Assembly: GCA_038227045.1 (NCBI GenBank)
Contig: JBBRQD010000002.1
Span: forward strand, 88,343 to 152,342
Length of the DNA: 64,000 nt
DNA from: Planctomycetota bacterium
GTDB lineage: Bacteria > Planctomycetota > SZUA-567 > H5-PLA8
Direction: 5' to 3'
The position numbers and the translations under genes are program-made. The notes beneath the pieces were generated by a model. It saw only the letters and a program-made list of their open reading frames with translations. It made no database searches and had not been told where the DNA came from. Shown piece after piece: positions 57,683-64,000 of the stretch. The number at the start of each line of letters is the position of its first letter. Position 1 is the first letter of the stretch.

Positions 57683-57917
57683 TTGACCCCAGCAGGGGTC
57701 GAAGATGGTAGCCGGGGGTTGAGACCGACAGGTCGATACCCCCGGACAAATCGAAAAAAGACCCTTCACCCCGGCAGGGGTGACAGAGGGATTCTCGCGA
57801 TCCCCGCGAATTTCTCTGCGACCCCTGCCGGGGTCGAATCAATCTACGCACTTTTTCCGGGGGTGTCGCGCTTCGCGCTAACCCCCGGCTACCTTCTTTG
57901 ACCCCTGCCGGGGTCAA
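57683..57917. mobile_element. 235-bp MITE/REPIN-like element with 37-bp terminal inverted repeats and four ACCCC-N4-GGGGT palindromes
   Basis: Left end TTGACCCCAGCAGGGGTCGAAGATGGTAGCCGGGGGT matches the reverse complement of the right end with 3 mismatches. No transposase. Confidence 0.7.
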
Positions 57918-57926
57918 CAAATCCAA

Positions 57927-59657
57927 CTACTGCTGCTGTTCCAACGGATAAATCTTAATCTCCACACGCCGGTTCTTGGCGTGGTCCATCGGATTGGCGG
58001 GGTCGGCGGGCTTATCCCAGCCCATGCCGATCGTGCTGATCTGATTCGGCGGAATCGACGGATATTTGGCCAGCAGCGACTGCCGAACCGAATTCGCCCG
58101 GCGCTGCGACAGATCTTTCACGGCGCTGTCAGGCACCTGTCCGCGCATCGATCCGTCGGTGTGTCCTTCGATGATGATGCGGCAGGCGCCGAATTGTCCG
58201 GACATCTTCGAAATCTCGTCGATCGTAAAATCGGCTTGCGGATCATACAGTTCATCCAGCGTCTTGCCGTCGGCATCCTTGCGCGCAATCCTGTATTTGA
58301 GATCGGCGCTATTCGGGAAAAAGCGGATCACGACGGTCTTCGTCAGGATCTCGCTCGACTCGGCTTTGATCGACGACACCGTCTTCGGCACGAAATTGAC
58401 GATGTACTTGTTCTGGCTCTTGGCGTACTTCGGCTCCTTGCCAAGTCTTTCGATAATTGAAAAATCGGCGACTTGATCGAAATCGACTTTGCTGCCGACT
58501 TTCAGCACCGTCTTATAAAGATAGTAGGCGTTGTCCCAGGTACGTTGAAAATTAGTCGGGTTGTTCGAATTCATAAGAAATTCGGCGTTCTCCGCATAGT
58601 TGGTCCAGTGCGCGTCGCCCAGCATGCCTTGTGCGTCGGCGGGCGGCAGCGAGTAACCGTCGGCCATGTGCTTCGCCGCTATGGCCTGTTTGTCCTGCGC
58701 CTCCAGCTCATCGACGGAGTCGAGAATTCCGCGCACGATGCCTTCAACAATTCCCGGATTTTCCTTGGCAAAATCAGCGCGCGCAAACCAGACGTCGGCA
58801 ATCAAATGATTGGCATCGTGAGACGTGACGAGCATCTTGTTGCCTTTGATTTTTTCAAGATTGTAAATATCCGGCGACCACGACACGCATGCTGAAATCG
58901 ATTTGTCCGCAGCAAAGGCCGCCGCCGCCTGAAAAGCATCGCCAGTAAACTTGAATTTTACTTCGGACGGCTGAATGCCACCGTTAATGAGTGCGTTGAG
59001 AATGAAATATTGCGACGGCGAGTTCTGGGCCAGAGCGATGGTCTTGCCGCGCAGGTCGCTGATGCTCTTGATTGTATCGCGCACGACAATGCCGTCGCCG
59101 CCGTTCGACCAATCGATCTGCTGATAAACGCGCGGCATGGTGCGCGAATCATTTTTCAATTCGTCGATCAACAGCGGCAGCATGTCAACGGTCGCCCAGC
59201 CGATGTGCACGTCACCTGACGCGTACGCGTCGCGCATCGCCACGGGATCGTCGATGAGCACGAGCTCTACTTTGAATTTCGAACCATCCGGCGCGGTCCA
59301 TTCTTTCTTGGGCTTGAACCCCTCATTGGCATAAATAATCGGCGCCCAGCCTGCCCACACATTCAAGGCGAAACGGACGGTGTTGTTCTGCATCTTTTTG
59401 TACGCGGCCACGCCCTTGACCGGCGGCAGTTTCTCAGCCGGGACATAATCGTATTTTTTCGCAGTCAATCCGGTATTGGAATCCGCCGCTTCGACTGCGG
59501 ATTTACCGTCGGCGTTCGGCGTCACGATCGCCGGCGCGTTCTTTGGAAACAGAATATCCGAGCGATAGACTGCATAGCCCACCAACGCCAATACCACTAT
59601 CACAACCGTGAAGTAAAAAAGCGGCTTGGGTTTCCCCGGTTCCACGTAGTCGGACAT
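57927..59657 (-). CDS. Membrane-anchored NMT1/SsuA-like solute-binding protein fused to an OmpA-like peptidoglycan-binding domain
   Basis: CAGGAG RBS and one N-terminal TM. WAGWAP, DWSNGGDGIV, VSWSPD. C-terminal EGHTD, LSQRRA, NRRVEI. Confidence 0.88.
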   Translation of the reverse strand: MSDYVEPGKPKPLFYFTVVIVVLALVGYAVYRSDILFPKNAPAIVTPNADGKSAVEAADSNTGLTAKKYDYVPAEKLPPVKGVAAYKKMQNNTVRFALNVWAGWAPIIYANEGFKPKKEWTAPDGSKFKVELVLIDDPVAMRDAYASGDVHIGWATVDMLPLLIDELKNDSRTMPRVYQQIDWSNGGDGIVVRDTIKSISDLRGKTIALAQNSPSQYFILNALINGGIQPSEVKFKFTGDAFQAAAAFAADKSISACVSWSPDIYNLEKIKGNKMLVTSHDANHLIADVWFARADFAKENPGIVEGIVRGILDSVDELEAQDKQAIAAKHMADGYSLPPADAQGMLGDAHWTNYAENAEFLMNSNNPTNFQRTWDNAYYLYKTVLKVGSKVDFDQVADFSIIERLGKEPKYAKSQNKYIVNFVPKTVSSIKAESSEILTKTVVIRFFPNSADLKYRIARKDADGKTLDELYDPQADFTIDEISKMSGQFGACRIIIEGHTDGSMRGQVPDSAVKDLSQRRANSVRQSLLAKYPSIPPNQISTIGMGWDKPADPANPMDHAKNRRVEIKIYPLEQQQ

Positions 59658-60283
59658 TATGTATTTCTCCTGAGTGTTTGCCTGGCACGGCCAATCGAAT
59701 GATAAGTTCGCTAAATCTGTCGTTATATCTCGCATAGACGCAAGGGCGCGAAGAAAAGCAAGAAGGTGGCGGGTTCCAGTTCGGACCAGAGCAGGAAGCA
59801 TACATTTTTTCGCGAATCTCGCCATTGCATTTCGTTTGTCGCGATTGATTTCGATTCCAACGCCCCATTTTACCATAACCCTATAAATGCCGATGCAACG
59901 GCCACAATCGGACGAGATATCAGCCTGAATAGTTGCAGAATCTCGTCAATGCACTCTTGCCTAATTTATTGCCAATCCGCGCTTTACACCTGCTGTGCCG
60001 ACAAAACGATGGTCCATTCTGCATGGTCCGTTCTTTGCTGTTTACAGATTGTTCTTAAGGCGCGGTTTTCGCAGCCAAGATGGGGGCCGAGTGTAAATAA
60101 CGCACAATTCTTCATCCTGCGTAATTGATTTATAGCATCGATCATTTTGACGAAGTAGGCGGTCTGCGGATGCGGATCGTAACGGGCTGCTTCTGCGGCC
60201 CATTTTAATTTTGATCCCCGGTCCATTGTGGAACGGGATTAAAAAGCCACAAATGACGCATACCTGTTTTAGGAGCAACCAAG

Positions 60284-60841
60284 ATGAGTCCCAAAATCAA
60301 CAGCCTCACCGACGTCTTTCACGAATCGCTGCGGGACATTTATCACGCTGAAAACCAATTGCTGAAGGCCCTGCCGAAGATGGCCAAGGCGGCGAGTTGC
60401 GAAGAACTCCAGGAAGGCTTCGAAAAGCATCTCGACGAAACGGAGATTCATTGCGCACGGCTCGAAACGATCTTCCAACTGCTCGGCAAAGAAGCCAAAG
60501 GCAAAAAATGTTTGGCGATGGAGGGCTTGATCGAGGAGGGCAAGGAAGCCATCGACGCCAAAGTGTCCAACGGGGAACTGCGCGACGAACTGCTGATCAA
60601 CGCGGCGCGCAAAGTCGAGCACTACGAGATGGCGGCGTATTGCACGCTCGCGGCGTGGGCGGATAAGTTGGACATGAAGGAGGCACTGAAGCTTCTCAAG
60701 CAAACTTTCAATGAGGAGAAGGCGTGCGACGACAATCTCAAAGCACACGCTGTTCAGGACGCGGAAAGATTGGAACACCCGATGGACGAAGTGGTGGCTG
60801 GCGAGAGGCAGACAAAAGAACTTGCCGAAGCCAACGCATAG
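60284..60841 (+). CDS. yciF: Ferritin-like DUF892/YciF stress protein
   Basis: LRDIYHAENQLLKALPKM, HLDET, CLAMEGLIEEG, KVEHYEMAAY, EEKACD. Confidence 0.9.
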   Translation: MSPKINSLTDVFHESLRDIYHAENQLLKALPKMAKAASCEELQEGFEKHLDETEIHCARLETIFQLLGKEAKGKKCLAMEGLIEEGKEAIDAKVSNGELRDELLINAARKVEHYEMAAYCTLAAWADKLDMKEALKLLKQTFNEEKACDDNLKAHAVQDAERLEHPMDEVVAGERQTKELAEANA

Positions 60842-60855
60842 ACCTTGCCAACATT

Positions 60856-60941
60856 TTGTGGTGCGGACGTTCTGCCGAACTGTACAGGCAGAACGCCCAT
60901 ACCACAACAACGCACGAGCCTGCCCGGCTCGTGCGTTTTTT
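60856..60941 (+). terminator. Long hairpin followed by an intrinsic terminator
   Basis: TTGTGGTGCGGACGTTCTGCC/GGCAGAACGCCCATACCACAA, then AACGCACGAGCC/GGCTCGTGCGTT with a T tract. Confidence 0.8.
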
Positions 60942-61043
60942 ATTGCCGACATCTCGGCACAACTCAAATTCTAAAGATTGGATTCGGGCACAAATAGGTT
61001 CCAGTAACCCACTTTGCCTATGTGAAAGTGAGATCCCAAATAT

Positions 61044-61058
61044 CGGCATGGCGCTTGC
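61044..61058 (+). promoter_or_regulatory. Possible sigma54 -24/-12 promoter for the ndvB-like gene
   Basis: CGGCATGGCGCTTGC with exact GG-N10-GC spacing, ~155 nt upstream of the ATG. Confidence 0.45.
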
Positions 61059-61212
61059 CTTTGTTCTTAACACGCATCGCGTTGTTCGAAATTGACACTT
61101 CAAGGGATAAGGATCTTGCAATGATTGCGATGCACGCCACATTCACCGCGATTGAGTTCGCGCGCCATGGCGCTCAAAACGCGGGCACGCATCAAACCAG
61201 CGAGGTGTTGGC

Positions 61213-63660
61213 ATGAAATCTGTCTTGAATTTTCGCAAAAAAGTGTCCGCGCTGTTTGGCGGTACCACCTTTGAGCGCCGACGCGTCTCCAGGGGGTCCA
61301 ACGTCACGGGCGATGATCTCGAAAACCCGTTGCGGGCGGAGTTGTTCAGCCCCGAACAACTCGAACGCCACGCGCAAAGTCTCTCTGCCCAGCACACAAT
61401 TTCAACATCCCGCCGCGCGGAACTACTGCTGCCGCGTTTGAAACAAAACGAGCGGATCATCGACCAGACTTATGAGTTGGTCACGCAGATGGTGCGGGAC
61501 GGCGAGCGCATGCCGCCCGCGGCCGAATGGCTGCTGGACAATTATTACGTCATTAAAGAACACGTGGGATTGGCGCATGAGCATTTGCCTCGGCGGTTCA
61601 GCCGCGAACTGCCGGCACTGAGCGGCGGGGCAGCCGATGGATTGCCCCGCATCTACCAATTGGCCACCGAACTGATCTCGCACGTCGATGGCCGCGTGGA
61701 TACCGGAAACTTGAGCAGCTTTATCGCCGGCTATCAGCGTCAGACGAGTCTGACCGTGGGCGAATTGTGGGCGGTGCCCATCATGCTGCGGCTAGCGCTG
61801 ATCGAGAATCTGCGCCGCGTGGCTCAGCGCATTCGCCTCGGCCATGCGGATTGCGCGCATGCCGCGTTTTGGTCTGGGCGGTTGGTGGCCATGGCCGCAA
61901 GCGATCCGAAGAATCTGGTCCTCGTGCTGGCCGACATGGTCAACGCGGACCTGCCTTCGAGCAGTTCGTTCATCGCCGAATTGTGCCGCAGCCTGCAAGG
62001 ACAAAATGCGGCGCTGGCGCTGGCGTTGAGCTGGTTCGACCAGCACCTCGCCGAACAGGGGCTTTCCGTCGAGCAGGTGATTCTGACCGAGAGCCAGGGA
62101 CAGGCCGCCGATCAGGTCTCCATCGGAAATACGATCACCAGCCTGCGTTCGTTGAGCGCCGCGGATTGGCCTGAGTTCGTCGAACAGCACAGTGCGATGC
62201 AGGTTATTTTGAACGAAGACCCCGCCGGCATCTTCCCGCTCATGAATTTTGAAACCCGCGATTCGTACCGGCACGTGATCGAAAAAATTGCCAAGCGCAG
62301 CCGCCAGCCTGAATGCGACGTGGCACGCTATGTCGTTGGCATGGCTCAACGCGCGGCCCGGAAAGATTCGCGCGAGGGCCACATCGGTTACTACGTTATT
62401 GATCGCGGACTTGCGGAATTGGAAGCTCATTTTCGCTGCCATATTCGTTCCCCGCGAGCCTCCGTGCGGAGCAGCCAGGGCGGACGCTTGTTCGCCTATC
62501 TCACCGGACTGGCCGTGTTGACGGCGCTTTTCACAGCGCCTTTCGTATATGCGCTGGTGAGCGGCCCACTTGCGGAACGGGCACCGCTCTGGCTGACGGT
62601 GGTGCTGGGCGTACTCTTTGCAAGCTGCGCATCGCAAGCCGCGCTGCCGCTGTGCAATGCAGCCGCCACCAAGATCGTGGTGCCGCAGCGGCTCCCGCAA
62701 ATGGATTTTTCCGAGGGCCTTCCGGAATCCTGCCGCGCGATCATTACGGTGGCCACGATGCTGGGCAGCCGCGGCGTGGCCGATGCCTTGATCGACGGCC
62801 TTGAAAGCCGCTACCTGGCAAACCTCGATCCCAATCTGTATTTCGCGCTGCTCACCGACTTTCCCGACGCGGACAAAGAACAGTTGCCTGGCGACGGCGA
62901 ACTGCTTGAGTATGCCCGGCAAGGCGTGCGCGCGTTGAACGCCAAATACGCCGCGGATCGCCCCGGCATTTTCTACCTGCTTCATCGGCCAAGGCTTTGG
63001 AACGAGCGCGAAAAAGCATGGATGGGTTATGAGCGCAAGCGCGGCAAGCTGGGACAATTGAACCGCCTGCTGCGAGGCGCAGGGCAGGAGCGTTTCATGG
63101 CGTGCGAAGGCGATCTTTCGACGCTGCCGTCGATCAAATACGTAATCCCGCTCGACACGGATACGCAATTGCCGCAGGACGCCGCCCGAAAACTGGTCAG
63201 CGCGATGGCGCATGTTCTGAATCGGCCGGTGTTCGATCCAAAACTCGGCCGCGTCGTTGCGGGATACGGCATTTTGCAACCGCGCGTCACCGTGAACCTG
63301 AGCCACTCGCGGCGCTCGTGGTTCGTGCGCATCTTCGCGCGCGATGCTGGGGTCGATCCCTATACGCGCGCCGTCTCCGACGTGTATCAGGATCTCTTCG
63401 GCGAAGGCTCGTTTGTGGGCAAGGGCATTTACGATGTGGACGCGTTCGAACAGGCATGTTCGCATTTTCCGGAAAATCGCATCCTCAGCCACGACCTGAT
63501 TGAAGGCTGTTACGCACGCGCGGGATTGCTCAGCGACGTGGAGTTGTTCGAGGACTACCCATCGCGTTTCAACGCGGATGCCAAACGCCGCCATCGGTGG
63601 ATGCGCGGGGATTGGCAGATTGCACGCTGGCTTTTGCCCATTCCGCCGTGCGTGAGTTAA
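61213..63660 (+). CDS. Cyclic beta-1,2-glucan synthase (NdvB/Cgs-like), N-terminal part; ends prematurely
   Basis: PAAEWLLDNYY, GELWAVPIMLR, WMGYERKRGKL, LDTDT, GKGIYDVDAFE, LSHDLIEG, RRHRWMRGDWQ. Confidence 0.88.
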   Translation: MKSVLNFRKKVSALFGGTTFERRRVSRGSNVTGDDLENPLRAELFSPEQLERHAQSLSAQHTISTSRRAELLLPRLKQNERIIDQTYELVTQMVRDGERMPPAAEWLLDNYYVIKEHVGLAHEHLPRRFSRELPALSGGAADGLPRIYQLATELISHVDGRVDTGNLSSFIAGYQRQTSLTVGELWAVPIMLRLALIENLRRVAQRIRLGHADCAHAAFWSGRLVAMAASDPKNLVLVLADMVNADLPSSSSFIAELCRSLQGQNAALALALSWFDQHLAEQGLSVEQVILTESQGQAADQVSIGNTITSLRSLSAADWPEFVEQHSAMQVILNEDPAGIFPLMNFETRDSYRHVIEKIAKRSRQPECDVARYVVGMAQRAARKDSREGHIGYYVIDRGLAELEAHFRCHIRSPRASVRSSQGGRLFAYLTGLAVLTALFTAPFVYALVSGPLAERAPLWLTVVLGVLFASCASQAALPLCNAAATKIVVPQRLPQMDFSEGLPESCRAIITVATMLGSRGVADALIDGLESRYLANLDPNLYFALLTDFPDADKEQLPGDGELLEYARQGVRALNAKYAADRPGIFYLLHRPRLWNEREKAWMGYERKRGKLGQLNRLLRGAGQERFMACEGDLSTLPSIKYVIPLDTDTQLPQDAARKLVSAMAHVLNRPVFDPKLGRVVAGYGILQPRVTVNLSHSRRSWFVRIFARDAGVDPYTRAVSDVYQDLFGEGSFVGKGIYDVDAFEQACSHFPENRILSHDLIEGCYARAGLLSDVELFEDYPSRFNADAKRRHRWMRGDWQIARWLLPIPPCVS

Positions 63661-63704
63661 GAGCCGCGCACGTCAGTAAGCGGCCCAAGAAAGGAAGTAA
63701 AACG

Positions 63705-64000
63705 ATGACAACACCTGAACCGGGCAACGTGAACGATAATAAGTCGTGCCACGCGATCTCGGCCCTTTCCAAATGGAAGGTCTTCGACAATCTCCGCCGC
63801 TGCATGGCACCCGTTAGCATGACGGTGATGCTGGTGACGGTCTGGTTGGCCGTTCCCGCGCTTGCTTGGATTGCGACGCTGGCCGCAATTGTGCTTTTGT
63901 TCATTCCGACTCTGTTTAGTGCTTTCGTCGGCCTTTTAAGCAAAGGAAAGAAAGTTCCGCTCGGGCTGCATCTGAATACAGCCGTCACCGATTTTGTCTG
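63705..64000 (+). CDS. Continuation of the NdvB/Cgs-like gene in the -1 frame (runs off window)
   Basis: ...ISALSKWKVFDNLRR, the motif that normally follows RGDWQ, then TM segments. AAAGGAAG precedes ATG 63705. Confidence 0.8.
   Translation, partial: MTTPEPGNVNDNKSCHAISALSKWKVFDNLRRCMAPVSMTVMLVTVWLAVPALAWIATLAAIVLLFIPTLFSAFVGLLSKGKKVPLGLHLNTAVTDFV

Noticed and set aside
57645-57926. Apparent N-terminal extension of the ABC permease
   Set aside because: It is a translation of the repeat element. The family-like sequence begins at 57644.
61792-63594. 600-aa minus-strand ORF
   Set aside because: Antisense shadow of the ndvB-like gene.

Overview
A gene-dense, moderately GC-rich bacterial chromosomal window. 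The MoxR/DUF58/BatA/DUF4159 cluster, HEAT/PQQ/NPCBM secreted proteins, prepilin, hopanoid-associated genes and REP-like repeats suggest a Planctomycetota/PVC-type organism (inference only). All family calls come from motif recognition, not database searches. Layout: (1) 1-17.4 kb, a tightly coupled minus-strand MoxR-DUF58-vWA-vWA-DUF4175-like-DUF4159 operon with large secreted cargo, including an apparently catalytically dead GH-A/NPCBM protein. (2) 17.6-25 kb, an ABC permease plus DUF3299, a TPR/PQQ-propeller protein, a GT2 and a TM-split FGE-like protein. (3) 25-46 kb, metabolic and housekeeping genes: DAHP synthase with an unannotated aromatic leader-peptide attenuator, hpnG-like, hpnA, DUF885, pgeF, DHS-like, AgpS-like, lutABC, anmK, HAD, aat and an FHA-GAF adenylate cyclase. 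(4) 46-53 kb, TIGR03936, a very large RNase E/G with ~960 aa of low-complexity insertions, rplU, an AT-rich intergenic island and a prepilin. (5) 53-64 kb, an SBP-OmpA/ABC operon followed by an exported caspase-like protease fused to a degenerate PstS, then YciF and an NdvB-like glucan synthase frameshifted next to a REP insertion. No rRNA, tRNA, CRISPR array, transposase or reverse transcriptase was seen. Best leads: the SBP-OmpA ABC plus caspase-PstS module, the Tyr/Phe/Trp attenuator, a candidate structured ncRNA at ~26.5 kb, the unusual RNase E and the pseudo-glycosidase cargo of the MoxR operon.
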